Shown one piece after another: positions 1-8,962 of a stretch of DNA of 64,000 nucleotides (the first letter of the stretch is position 1; each line of letters starts with the position of its first letter). The position numbers were made by a program, and so were the translations under genes. Origin of the DNA: a virus; IMG/VR virus record IMGVR_UViG_3300003322_000266, positions 10,294 to 74,293 of that record, one strand, 5' to 3'. A model generated the notes under the pieces. It was not told where the DNA came from. It was given only the letters and a program-made list of their open reading frames with translations, and ran no database searches.

Positions 1-82
1 CGATCGCATGGCCCTGACCCAGCCTGTAGAACAGGCCCGTCTCCCACGGGATCAGTGACCTTAGAGTTGCGCCTTGGATCAT
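1..82 (-). CDS. Partial ORF (runs off window), hypothetical, starts MIQGATLRSLIPWETG
   Basis: ATG at 82 overlaps the TGA of the clamp gene (ATGA coupling); open to the window edge. Confidence 0.5.
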   Translation of the reverse strand, partial: MIQGATLRSLIPWETGLFYRLGQGHAI

Positions 83-1161
83 TGCTGATTCAGCGCCACG
101 ATTGCCGACGAGCCTGCGAGAGCCATCGACACGAAGGCACCGTCCACCACGTTCATCGACATGTCCTCCGAGGCGCGACCGATCAGCTCCTGGATGTACT
201 CGAGGTCGACGCGGAAGCTGCGCTCCTTCGACCCGCCGGTGCCACCTGCGATCAGGGACTTGACCTGACCCTGACCGGTCTTGACCAGGAGTTCGACCTT
301 GTCGCCCTTGGAGCCACGCGCCGACGTGAACTCGATCTCGGCACGCTCCTTGCCGACCACCGATCGTGCGTTGTCGATGAAGGTCAGCACGTCCTTCTTT
401 CCGAGCTTGAAGGTCGTGGCCTTCTCTGCCATCGCCTCCTTGATCTTCGCCTGCACCTCGGACAGTGAGGGCAGCTCGTCGGTGGCCGGCAGTGACAGGG
501 AGACGTTGACCAGCTTGTTCTTGACGCGGATCGAAGTCTTGCTCTGGTTGATCGTGAAGTTGGACGAGTGGAAGACTTCCACCAGTGCCTTCGCGGTCTC
601 GATCGGCATCACGCACTCGAAGTCGCCCTTGATCGCCTTGTCCCTGACCCAGCTCATGTGAGCATTGTCGTAGCAGCAGACGAAGGCGCCGGAGTTCGAG
701 AGCTTGATACCGACCGGCATCCATGCGCTGAGGATCGACGTCGGCTTCAGCGTCACGTCGCGCAACGCGGTGCGGAGCCACGTCGCTTGATCGCCGGTCA
801 GCTGCCAGTCCTTGGTCTCTTCCTTCGCCAGTTCGTCGACCGGCAGGACGTCGAGGGTCGCAAGCTCGGCCACGTAGCCACCGCTGGACTTGACAGTCAG
901 CGTCCCGTCCTTGTAGGTGAGGACGAGGTTGGACCTGCCCTTCGACGCATCACGCAGCGACTGCATGAGGATCGCGAACTCGCCATCGCCTTTGACGTCA
1001 CACGGGATGACGACGGTGCAGCGCGAGAGATCGGCGACCGAGTTCGCGGTCAGTCGACCCTTGGTCGCACGGAAGGTGACCTCGCCCTCGAGCGGAGGTG
1101 CGGTCTTGCTGATGATGTCGAGGGCATTCTGGATCGCATCGGTTTCGACTTGGATTTGCAT
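79..1161 (-). CDS. DNA polymerase III beta-like sliding clamp
   Basis: 360 aa, the size of a beta clamp; N-terminus MQIQVETDAIQNALDIISK and alternating helix/strand pattern resemble DnaN; a DnaX-like loader lies in the same block. Confidence 0.7.
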   Translation of the reverse strand: MQIQVETDAIQNALDIISKTAPPLEGEVTFRATKGRLTANSVADLSRCTVVIPCDVKGDGEFAILMQSLRDASKGRSNLVLTYKDGTLTVKSSGGYVAELATLDVLPVDELAKEETKDWQLTGDQATWLRTALRDVTLKPTSILSAWMPVGIKLSNSGAFVCCYDNAHMSWVRDKAIKGDFECVMPIETAKALVEVFHSSNFTINQSKTSIRVKNKLVNVSLSLPATDELPSLSEVQAKIKEAMAEKATTFKLGKKDVLTFIDNARSVVGKERAEIEFTSARGSKGDKVELLVKTGQGQVKSLIAGGTGGSKERSFRVDLEYIQELIGRASEDMSMNVVDGAFVSMALAGSSAIVALNQQ

Positions 1162-1208
1162 CTGGTAGCTCGTGTGGTGTCAAGGTTGAGGACGTGTGCT
1201 ATCGCGTC

Positions 1209-1218
1209 TATTTACAGT
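1209..1218 (-). promoter_or_regulatory. Putative phage promoter ACTGTAAATA
   Basis: Intergenic, 48 nt upstream of the clamp ATG and just downstream of a terminator; identical 10-mer at 44128 and 59115. Confidence 0.6.
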
Positions 1219-1247
1219 AATGGTACTTCTGATCATGGGTCAGAACG

Positions 1248-1283
1248 AAAAGAGGGTCCCGACTTTAGCCATCGGGACCCTTT
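1248..1283 (-). terminator. Rho-independent terminator
   Basis: Stem GGGTCCCGA/TCGGGACCC followed by TCTTTT on the minus strand, downstream of 1313..2098. Confidence 0.8.
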
Positions 1284-1312
1284 GAATGGACCGTGAAGTC
1301 CGAGCGAAAGCG

Positions 1313-2098
1313 TTACTGCACCGTGAGGTTCAGGACGACGTTCGAGGTCTGGCCCAGTTCGTCGTAGACCGTGAAGCCGAACGTGAAGGAGCCCGGCTGC
1401 AGCTCGTTGAGCTTCATGATGCGGATGCCGTTGTACATGACGCCGTCGGCGGTCGCCGTCGGGATGCCGACCACGGCGCTGACCAGGGGCGGCGGAGAGC
1501 CGGAAGGTTGCGTCGTGGTCACGATGCGGATGCCCTTCGTCGGCGACTTGGCGTTGAAGAGGGTCACCCAGTTGAAGTCCAGGAACGGGCACTCGCCGTT
1601 CAGGGTCTCGTAGAGGACGGAGGCTTGCCAGGTGTAGGACGCAGGAGTGGTCACGGTCGGGGCACTCGGATTCGTTGCAGCGCTGACCGAGAGGTTCAGG
1701 GTACCACCGGTCAGACCTTGGAGCAGAGGGCCGGGCGAGAAGTGCTCGAACCACGACTCGGTCGACATCGAGTACCAGCGGCTGTAGCCCTGATCGACCT
1801 TCTGGAGCAGCGTCGATGCCCACGGGAAGTAGTTCTTCGCCAGGCCAGAGGGCCAGACGGCAGCCATGTACTGGGGCATGCCGATGCCGGAGTACTGCGT
1901 CACGGTCTTGAGAGGGACCGCGAAGCCGGCGCCGCCGTTGGTGCCGTCCGGGATCGTGAACGTGGTCTCGTTGCCGCTGAAGGTCGTGGCCGTGATCGGG
2001 TACCACCCGACAACGATGCCGTCCTGCGTCATCGCAGGCAGGATCGTCTGGCGGACTGGCGCCGTGAACGGCAGGCCATACTGGTTCTTGGTGGGCAT
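1313..2098 (-). CDS. Putative virion structural protein with C-terminal Ig-like strands
   Basis: 261 aa, Thr/Pro/Gly-rich; ends GSFTFGFTVYDELGQTSNVVLNLTVQ (Ig-like); phage codon usage. Confidence 0.55.
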   Translation of the reverse strand: MPTKNQYGLPFTAPVRQTILPAMTQDGIVVGWYPITATTFSGNETTFTIPDGTNGGAGFAVPLKTVTQYSGIGMPQYMAAVWPSGLAKNYFPWASTLLQKVDQGYSRWYSMSTESWFEHFSPGPLLQGLTGGTLNLSVSAATNPSAPTVTTPASYTWQASVLYETLNGECPFLDFNWVTLFNAKSPTKGIRIVTTTQPSGSPPPLVSAVVGIPTATADGVMYNGIRIMKLNELQPGSFTFGFTVYDELGQTSNVVLNLTVQ

Positions 2099-2128
2099 CG
2101 TCTTTCCTTTGCTGATCTGAAATGGGAA

Positions 2129-3031
2129 TCAGGTGACGTCGATCACCTGCACGTACTGGAGCTCGGTGCCCTTGCAGCTGACGCCGCAGACACAGGCACC
2201 GTTGTTTTGATCCATGATTGTCACTACGTCTCGGTCTGCGATCGGAGTCTGATCGACTGCAACGACAGTGCAGAGCCAAGTGTTGGTCCACGTCAGTGCC
2301 GCTTGCGGGAGCGTCACCGTCTCGGGCCATGGGGCGAACAGGTTCTCAGGACCGACAGTCGTGGTCTCGACGATCGCCACCTGCTTCGCATCCTGTGGTC
2401 GCACGAACTGGAAGCCGTCGAAGACCAGGCTGTCAGCATCGAGTCCGAGGTACACGAGCTTGCCGTTGTACCAGGCTTTGATGGCCGGACCGTCGGAGCC
2501 TGCAACCACGTGAAGGGTCACGGTTGCGATCGCAGATTGATCGCCGGTGTTGAAGTTCGTCAGCTGATACTGGAAGGTGTCAGTGCCGATGAAGTCGTGA
2601 TCGGGTGTGTAGGTGAAGATCCCGTTGCCTGGCCAGCTGTCGATCGTGCCGTGCATCGGGTTCGTAACCACCTGCCGGAGAATCGCCTGGAGGTTCGGGC
2701 CTGCTGCATCGTTGTCGGCCGTGTTGGCCGTCAGCGACGTGTTGGCATGCACGTTGTACACGTCGTCGACCGCGACAGGTGGTGCCTCGTAGGCAATGAC
2801 CTGGACCGTTTGCGTCCAGTCTCCTTCGGAGCTCATCACCGTCACGTTGTACGAACCTGGAATCGTGTACGTGTGCTGGGTGTCAGTGCCTGAGTCCTGA
2901 GGGTCTCCGTTACCCCAGTCCCACGTGACGGTACCCAGCAGGTTGTCACCGTCGGTGTCATGAAGACTGACTGTGACGACCAGAGGCGTCTCGCCCCGGA
3001 TCGGCGTCACGTTTAGGACTGGGTGGGCCAT
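2129..3031 (-). CDS. PKD domain + cadherin/Big-like Ig domain protein (probable virion decoration)
   Basis: PKD signature TWDWGNG...HTYTIPGSYNVTV; Ig-like signature PVAVDDVY...NDAAG...GIFTYTPDHDFIGTDTFQYQL. Confidence 0.8.
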   Translation of the reverse strand: MAHPVLNVTPIRGETPLVVTVSLHDTDGDNLLGTVTWDWGNGDPQDSGTDTQHTYTIPGSYNVTVMSSEGDWTQTVQVIAYEAPPVAVDDVYNVHANTSLTANTADNDAAGPNLQAILRQVVTNPMHGTIDSWPGNGIFTYTPDHDFIGTDTFQYQLTNFNTGDQSAIATVTLHVVAGSDGPAIKAWYNGKLVYLGLDADSLVFDGFQFVRPQDAKQVAIVETTTVGPENLFAPWPETVTLPQAALTWTNTWLCTVVAVDQTPIADRDVVTIMDQNNGACVCGVSCKGTELQYVQVIDVT

Positions 3032-3778
3032 TCACTTCTCCACTTTCTTGACTTTGGGCTTGCCCGCGTTGAGGAAGTACTGCATGTCGAAGGCCGGCAC
3101 TCCCGTCTGCATCGAGATCACCTCCGGGTCACCACCTTCCTTCAGCAGCTGAACAGCACGACGCAAGTCTTGACCATCCTTGATGATGGGCGCCAGCTTC
3201 GCTTCGAGCTTCATGTTCCTGGCAAGGAACCTGAGGAGCGTACGCTCCGAACAGCGCGAGTTGAAGTAGTCGACGATCATCGCCTGCACCTCCTTGCGGA
3301 ACGTGTAGGGCGCCACGTGCTGCACCGCGGTCAGGATCTTGTTCAACAGTGACGGCTTCGCCACGTGGTTGATGTAGTCGACCGGACTCATGTGCGAGAC
3401 TTCGATCTTGATCTCTGCCTCGGACAGGAGTGCAGTCATCAGCGCCGTGACAAGGTCGGGACCAGACAGAGCCGGAATGTTCGTGGTCGACAGCATTCCA
3501 TGCGAGCCGACAATGAAATTGATGGCCTTCGGTCGCAAACCCTTTAGCGTGTAGCAGATGTGAACGTCTCTGGGCTGTGGTTGCTTCATGTTGATTCGGC
3601 GCGCGGGCTTGCCCTTAGTAGCCGAATCGATGGTGTGAGTCACCTTCAGCTGCCGCAGTGTCTCGCTCAGGTCAAAAGCGGAGAATACTGTGGAAGAGAA
3701 GACTGCGTACTTCTGGTCTCCGGTCTTACTTGATTTCACTTGGATGTCCTCGGCGAATGGACGCACCGGAAGCGTCAC
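3032..3778 (-). CDS. Hypothetical protein
   Basis: 248-aa ORF with genome-typical codon usage between real genes; start uncertain (overlaps the SbcC-like 3' end). Confidence 0.6.
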   Translation of the reverse strand: MTLPVRPFAEDIQVKSSKTGDQKYAVFSSTVFSAFDLSETLRQLKVTHTIDSATKGKPARRINMKQPQPRDVHICYTLKGLRPKAINFIVGSHGMLSTTNIPALSGPDLVTALMTALLSEAEIKIEVSHMSPVDYINHVAKPSLLNKILTAVQHVAPYTFRKEVQAMIVDYFNSRCSERTLLRFLARNMKLEAKLAPIIKDGQDLRRAVQLLKEGGDPEVISMQTGVPAFDMQYFLNAGKPKVKKVEK

Positions 3779-5894
3779 GGTAGATGGTGTACTCCTTGGC
3801 GCCCTGATAGCGCTCGTACTCCTTCGGTGTCACGATCAGGATGCTCGGGATCACAGTCAGCAGATGCGGTAGCAGCGTGTGGAACCTGTCGATCATGCCT
3901 TCGTGGAAAGAGGCGCAAGGCTCGTCCATGACCAGAAGCGACAGTCGCTTGTCGCTCGGCACGTACATGAGCAGCGAGAAGATGAGGATCATGGTGAACA
4001 GCGTCGACTCCGCACCCGAGAGCTTGCGCACGTCAGTCGGAGGCTTGCCACGACGATGAACCAGGAGCCGAATCTTCGTGTCCCACTTGAACTCGAAGCG
4101 GTAGTCGACAAAGACCAGGGTCCCCATCTTGTTGATGGTGGCCATCATCTGCTCGCTGATGGCCTCGATCGCCATGCGCTTCACCGCCTTGTCATCGTAG
4201 GCGCTGATCGCGAACTGCAGGGCTTCTTCCTCGCTCAGCTGCTCCTTGAGATCAGCCAGACGGTTGCGCATGTCAGTCGCCCGAGCCTTGACCGTGTTGT
4301 GGACTTCGAGCTTGGTCTTGGTCGACGACAGACGATCTTGCACCTCTTCGAGCTTCGACGAGTCGAAGACCGATTTGCGTTGCTGGTCAGTCAGAGCTTC
4401 GAGGTCCTTGACCGATCCCAAGTGTTGCGCCACGAACTCGAGTACCTTAAGCTCATGACTCAGAGTCTCGACGTCACCTGCCTCTTCGGGCTTCTCCACC
4501 TTCTCAGGCTTGGGACCCAGACGCTGGAGCTTCATGTACAGGGCATGATCATCGCGATGCTTGTTCTGAAGTCGCTCAGCCTTGGCTCTGGCCTCGGCCT
4601 TCGGACCGTACTCCTCCATCTCGCGGTCATACTTGGCCTTGAGTTCAGAGTATCGATCCCATTGCGTCCAGCACATCTCGAGTTCTTCGAGCTCTGTCCT
4701 GAGCTTGTCGATCTTGTCCGGGTCGTGCTTGGCAACGGGCTGACCGCACTCTCCACAGATGCCGCCCTTGAACTTCTTCGAGTGGGCAACCATCTGGTCG
4801 AGCTTGACCTCCATCTTCGCCATCTCGGCGCGGCTGATCTCCGGCTTCTGGGCAGACTGCTTCATCTGCTTCAGAGCCGGACCGTACAGCAGGTCTGGAC
4901 TGACCAGCTTCTCGTAGAGCTTGAGCTCTGCAGTCGCACGAGTGAAAGTCTTGGATGCGGCCTCCAGTTCATCCATGTCTCGCTCGCTGTCGAGGTCAGC
5001 CGCAGCTTCTTCCCAGGTCTTGAGCGCACGCTTGTACGCTCGGTACTCCTCAGCCTGTCGACCGGCCTTGCGCGCTGCCTTGAGTCTGACCTTCGTGTCC
5101 TCGATCTTGTCTTCGAGAGATGACCAGTCATCACAAAGCTTGGCTGCAGCCTTGATCTGGTCGCTCGCATAGGACTCGAACTGGAGCAGGGACTTGATGC
5201 GTTGTGACTCGTCGGACTGGGCCCTGAGCTTCTTAAGCCTGACTTCGAGTTGCTCGAGCTTGGACTCGAGCTCCAGACGCTCGCCCTTCTTCAGCATGTC
5301 GGACTTGACAGCGTTGAAGGTGGTCTCGAGTTCGGTGAACTGAGCCTTGATCTTGCGGAGTTCGGCCGCACGTGCGGCCAACACCTTCTTCTCGGCATCG
5401 AGTCGATCGAGCTGAAAGAAGGAGGTGAAGAACTTCTTCCTCTCCGTCGAGTCACCCATGACTAGTGGGTGCGGCATCTTCGAGTCCATGAACCCGTAGG
5501 TCCTGTACTCGTCTTCGGTGATCGACCAGTAGCGTGGAATCAGACTCTTCGTCTTCGACGGAGTCGCGCCCTTCTTCTCCGTGCCGTCGACCGCGATCTT
5601 GACTCGCTCGGAACGGCCGTTGTACGTGGTCTGGATCTTGACTCGGCGCTTGCCCTTCATGAACTGAATCATGCGGACGCCGGACTTGGTCTTGTCTTCC
5701 TTCTCGCCGATGATCGGCGTGTCGTAGAAGATGTCTGCAGTTGCCGAGGCGAAAACGGACTTGCCCGCGGCGTTACCGATTCCTCCCATGAGCATGTTCT
5801 TGCCATAGAGGTAGGTAACGCCGCGGGCAATCTGGAGCTTGGTGGGCTTGAAGTCGGCGATGCCGCTCAGCCCTAGTTGTTCAACGATCAGCAT
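3726..5894 (-). CDS. SbcC/Rad50/T4 gp46-like recombination ATPase
   Basis: Walker A GIGNAAGKS, long coiled coil with Zn-hook CGECGQ, ABC signature LSGAE, Walker B LLVMDEP. Confidence 0.92.
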   Translation of the reverse strand: MLIVEQLGLSGIADFKPTKLQIARGVTYLYGKNMLMGGIGNAAGKSVFASATADIFYDTPIIGEKEDKTKSGVRMIQFMKGKRRVKIQTTYNGRSERVKIAVDGTEKKGATPSKTKSLIPRYWSITEDEYRTYGFMDSKMPHPLVMGDSTERKKFFTSFFQLDRLDAEKKVLAARAAELRKIKAQFTELETTFNAVKSDMLKKGERLELESKLEQLEVRLKKLRAQSDESQRIKSLLQFESYASDQIKAAAKLCDDWSSLEDKIEDTKVRLKAARKAGRQAEEYRAYKRALKTWEEAAADLDSERDMDELEAASKTFTRATAELKLYEKLVSPDLLYGPALKQMKQSAQKPEISRAEMAKMEVKLDQMVAHSKKFKGGICGECGQPVAKHDPDKIDKLRTELEELEMCWTQWDRYSELKAKYDREMEEYGPKAEARAKAERLQNKHRDDHALYMKLQRLGPKPEKVEKPEEAGDVETLSHELKVLEFVAQHLGSVKDLEALTDQQRKSVFDSSKLEEVQDRLSSTKTKLEVHNTVKARATDMRNRLADLKEQLSEEEALQFAISAYDDKAVKRMAIEAISEQMMATINKMGTLVFVDYRFEFKWDTKIRLLVHRRGKPPTDVRKLSGAESTLFTMILIFSLLMYVPSDKRLSLLVMDEPCASFHEGMIDRFHTLLPHLLTVIPSILIVTPKEYERYQGAKEYTIYRDASGASIRRGHPSEIK

Positions 5895-5895
5895 G

Positions 5896-6606
5896 TCACT
5901 TGCCTAGAAGCAGGTCTTCGATTTGTTGGTACAGTTGTTCCAACGTGCCCCTGTTGTCGATGACCTTGTCGTAGTCGTTCCAGAGCACGTGTTGCCACTC
6001 GGACTCGTGCACTCGATCCTCGTTTCTGAGTCTCGACATGATCTTGTGTCCGTAGTCGACGACAGCGTTCCGAGTAGCGCTGTTCTGGAGGTCGACCTCT
6101 GGAATCGTCAGACCATTGAGCGTGAACTGCTCCATGCCCTTGTAGAAGGGCTTGAGCCAGTGTGGCTGCCGACGATGGACACCGACGATCTGGCCCTTCG
6201 CTTCACGCACGAACGCGAACTCGTTGAGGAAGCGTGCGTCGGTGATGACGACCGGGCCCTGATACTTCATGATCTCGTTGGCGAGACTCAGAATCCAGAA
6301 CTCGGGGTGGAAGTGATTGCGCACGACCTCGGTTGCGAAGTTCTGAAGCACCCATCGAGGCGTGATCTGGACACCGAGATCGAGCTTGTCGGTCCACCAC
6401 TCGTCGGGCTCGTCACGCCACTTTCTCGACTCTTCGGTCACGCCGTCGAGGAGCAGCCGATCCCAGTGGAACATGGCAGCCACTGCGTCCTTAAGGCTTG
6501 ATCCGAAGCTGACGCGCTTGAAGCCCTCGTGCTTGACCAGGTAGTCACCGACCGTGTCCTTGCCCGATCCGATGATACCCGCAACGGCGATGATTCTGCT
6601 GCTCAT
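5896..6606 (-). CDS. Deoxynucleoside monophosphate kinase (T4 gp1-like)
   Basis: IIAVAGIIGSGKDTVGDYL P-loop, SFGSSLKDAVAAMF, TPRWVLQ..TE..R, VVITDARFLNE, HESE. Confidence 0.92.
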   Translation of the reverse strand: MSSRIIAVAGIIGSGKDTVGDYLVKHEGFKRVSFGSSLKDAVAAMFHWDRLLLDGVTEESRKWRDEPDEWWTDKLDLGVQITPRWVLQNFATEVVRNHFHPEFWILSLANEIMKYQGPVVITDARFLNEFAFVREAKGQIVGVHRRQPHWLKPFYKGMEQFTLNGLTIPEVDLQNSATRNAVVDYGHKIMSRLRNEDRVHESEWQHVLWNDYDKVIDNRGTLEQLYQQIEDLLLGK

Positions 6607-6740
6607 TCTGAGTCCTTCTCTTCTTCGTCTTCGAGTTCCAGTTCAAGGTAGGCTTGTGCGCACTCGCCGTTGTCGTAGCCGCAACCACAGCCACATATCC
6701 ACTTCGAGTACTCGTCATCTGGATCTACGGGCTCCGGCAT
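6603..6740 (-). CDS. 45-aa acidic, Cys-containing small protein (not in ORF track)
   Basis: MPEPVDPDDEYSKWICGCGCGYDNGECAQAYLELELEDEEEKDSE; ATG abuts the upstream TAA and its TGA overlaps the kinase ATG. Confidence 0.65.
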   Translation of the reverse strand: MPEPVDPDDEYSKWICGCGCGYDNGECAQAYLELELEDEEEKDSE

Positions 6741-7100
6741 TTAGGACTCCCGTTCTGCCTGTGCCTTCTTGACGGCCTTGATGACGGACCCGAGGTCTGC
6801 CGTCTTCGGAATCACGGTCAGCAGAAGACCGATCATGCCCTTGATTTCTTCTCCGGTCGGCTCGTTCTTGAAGCTCATGCCGTTGATGAAGTGCTGGGTG
6901 CCATCGCGCTTCGTGATCACCTGCTTGATCGACCTGTACTTGCGGCCGTCGGAGCTGACCGACAGCTGAGCGATCCAGTGGTGACCATCGGTCACTTGGA
7001 ACTCGCTGATGGTCTTGTTCTTCCACGTGACCGGGCCCTTGGCCTTGGTGATCTTCGGACCCTTCTTCTTCAAGTCCTCGGCTTTGGTCTTTGTCGGCAT
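6741..7100 (-). CDS. Hypothetical basic protein
   Basis: 119-aa Lys-rich ORF, tightly packed with its neighbours. Confidence 0.65.
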   Translation of the reverse strand: MPTKTKAEDLKKKGPKITKAKGPVTWKNKTISEFQVTDGHHWIAQLSVSSDGRKYRSIKQVITKRDGTQHFINGMSFKNEPTGEEIKGMIGLLLTVIPKTADLGSVIKAVKKAQAERES

Positions 7101-7101
7101 G

Positions 7102-7299
7102 TCAGTGCTCCAGTTGATGCAGGATGTGGCGCTTCTTCTCTTCGCGCACGGGATCGGTTCGACGCTCGAACGTGTCGAGAGCTCTGAGCCACTTCAGGTG
7201 ACGCCTGAGTCCGTCACGGTCATGACCGAAGAAGTGCTCGACTGGCTTGCTAGTGTCAGAGATCGTCATCGGTCCAGCCCATGGTAGTTCAGGTATCAC
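7102..7299 (-). CDS. Hypothetical protein (65 aa, GTG start)
   Basis: GAGGA SD upstream of GTG 7299; promoter-like motif about 30 nt upstream. Confidence 0.55.
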   Translation of the reverse strand: MIPELPWAGPMTISDTSKPVEHFFGHDRDGLRRHLKWLRALDTFERRTDPVREEKKRHILHQLEH

Positions 7300-7309
7300 T
7301 TTCAGTTCC

Positions 7310-7759
7310 TCAGAGATATCGTTGCCTATATTTAAAGTATAGGTTCGGCACTTCCTTGATGGCGACGAGGTTGAACTGGAACCAGAGTTGACTGTCGCGC
7401 ATGTGAATGAACCAACCGCGGTTCCAATGCCACATGTGGAGAATCTCTCCTGGTTTGAGGCAGAAGTTAGACTTGTACCTGGCCTCTGCCGTATCAAGGC
7501 GCTTCCACAGCGAGTCCTCATCGTCGTCAGGTCCGACCGAGCACGCTAGCACGAACTGACCAGCACACTCGAGGTACTTGCTTCCAGGTGGGACCGAGAA
7601 GCGGACGAGATGCTGTACGTGCTCATCGATGCCCCAATACTCGGAACCCGGGTTGAGAACCAGCTTTGCCCTCTGGTCATGTGCAAGAGGCCTCGAATCG
7701 ATGAACGACCCAAGGCCTCTCTGGACGACCATTGCTGCTGCGTCGTCCCACTCGATCAT
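7310..7759 (-). CDS. Hypothetical protein
   Basis: Likely start ATG 7759 overlapping the upstream TGA (ATGA). Confidence 0.6.
   Translation of the reverse strand: MIEWDDAAAMVVQRGLGSFIDSRPLAHDQRAKLVLNPGSEYWGIDEHVQHLVRFSVPPGSKYLECAGQFVLACSVGPDDDEDSLWKRLDTAEARYKSNFCLKPGEILHMWHWNRGWFIHMRDSQLWFQFNLVAIKEVPNLYFKYRQRYL
7329..7338 (-). promoter_or_regulatory. Putative phage promoter variant ACTTTAAATA
   Basis: 9/10 match to ACTGTAAATA; forces AT-rich codons TTT AAA TAT at the end of the host ORF. Confidence 0.45.
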
Positions 7760-8361
7760 AGGATCATGACCGACGGTGGCTTCAGTTGTGCCGTGCCGGA
7801 ACGTCCGTGGTTGTAACTCGTCTCCCACTCACGACCGCAGGTGACACACGAGCGACGTTCGCGCCAGATTTCCGGATCGTCGAATCGCCACTCGCCGTCA
7901 GGCGTCTGCATCGGAGAGGCACTGCGGCTGGTCTCGGTCGCGACCTTGACCTTGCACCTGCCGAACTCGGCGCATCGTGACCTCGGCCTCTGCGTCACTG
8001 CCGGATTCGGCGGCCCTTGCTCAACCTTGGTCGCTGCCATGAGCGAGTCCAGATTCTTCAAGATCTGCTCGTAGGTGTGAGCCGTCTGAGGTGCCGTTCC
8101 GGTCCAGAACTGGATGGTGTCTTCGAGCAACGTCCTGTACTCGGTGAGGACGGCGCCCAGGTGGGCGCTCATCTCCAACATCGGCTGATCCGTCGTCTCG
8201 TAGTCGTGCAGCTCGTAGTTGACGTCGTTGAGCATGCGCTTGTAGGCTGCCAGGGCCTCGACCGGGAACGGCTCACGACCGTGCCAGACTTCGATCTTGG
8301 TGCTGATCAGAGCTCGTGCGTTGTGAAGGTGTTGCACCACGGGTGCGCTGAGCTTGGTCAC
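7756..8361 (-). CDS. Hypothetical protein with C-terminal NrdR-like Zn ribbon
   Basis: GTG 8361 overlaps the upstream TGA; C-terminus CxxxxxC...WRERRSCVTCGREWET resembles the NrdR N-terminal Zn ribbon (RRRRECxxCGxRFTT). Confidence 0.55.
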   Translation of the reverse strand: MTKLSAPVVQHLHNARALISTKIEVWHGREPFPVEALAAYKRMLNDVNYELHDYETTDQPMLEMSAHLGAVLTEYRTLLEDTIQFWTGTAPQTAHTYEQILKNLDSLMAATKVEQGPPNPAVTQRPRSRCAEFGRCKVKVATETSRSASPMQTPDGEWRFDDPEIWRERRSCVTCGREWETSYNHGRSGTAQLKPPSVMIL

Positions 8362-8876
8362 TTGGACCTCCGTTCTTGAAGTTTGCGTCGGAAGGCTTCG
8401 ACAGCCAGGCCTTGCCGGAGAACACCTGCCGTGTTGTAGGCCTTGACGCACTGGCGAATGTCTTCGTCGCTGAGGTCGCCCGTCGAGGCGATGACCTTCT
8501 CGTCGCCGCATACCTCGTACTGACGAACCCTGAGGCACAGACCTTCCGGACTTGCGACGATGCCACCCAGCTTGTCCGGCAGCACGTTGTGCTGGAACAT
8601 GTTCACCAGTTCTTGTAGCTCTTCTGATGTCGGAGTCCAGGTGTCGGAGCCGGCTTGGAGGTGAAGGATGCGCTGCGTCTTCGTATCCTTGGTCGAGGTC
8701 TCGGGTGGAGGGCTGGTGCCTTCTTCCTTCGCCTTCTTGATCAAGGTCCAGCCGACGTCACGCTTGAACTCGATGATGCCACGGAGCCGCAGAGACTTGA
8801 GTCGCGCCTTGATCGCGTTCCACACCTGCGGATTCTTGTCCGTGTTCAGGGTTCGAGACATCGCAGCCCAGACCAA
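8358..8876 (-). CDS. Hypothetical protein carrying a portal-like segment
   Basis: Contains QRILHLQAGSDTWTPTSEELQELVNMF, matching portal QRAMSHIAAGDDVWTPTSEELQVLVQQF; the 5' end may be frameshifted. Confidence 0.7.
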   Translation of the reverse strand: MVWAAMSRTLNTDKNPQVWNAIKARLKSLRLRGIIEFKRDVGWTLIKKAKEEGTSPPPETSTKDTKTQRILHLQAGSDTWTPTSEELQELVNMFQHNVLPDKLGGIVASPEGLCLRVRQYEVCGDEKVIASTGDLSDEDIRQCVKAYNTAGVLRQGLAVEAFRRKLQERRSK

Positions 8877-8962
8877 GCGGTCGAGATGCAGCCGACTCGG
8901 GTGCCGGTCTTGATCGCGTTGAGAATCACGTTGTCGATGTATGTGTACTTCTTGGTGGTCAT
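8846..8962 (-). pseudogene. 38-aa ORF, possibly the frameshifted N-terminus of 8358..8876
   Basis: ATG 8962 overlaps the upstream TGA; MTTKKYTYIDNVILNAIKTG; the -1 frame continues openly into 8358..8876. Confidence 0.4.
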
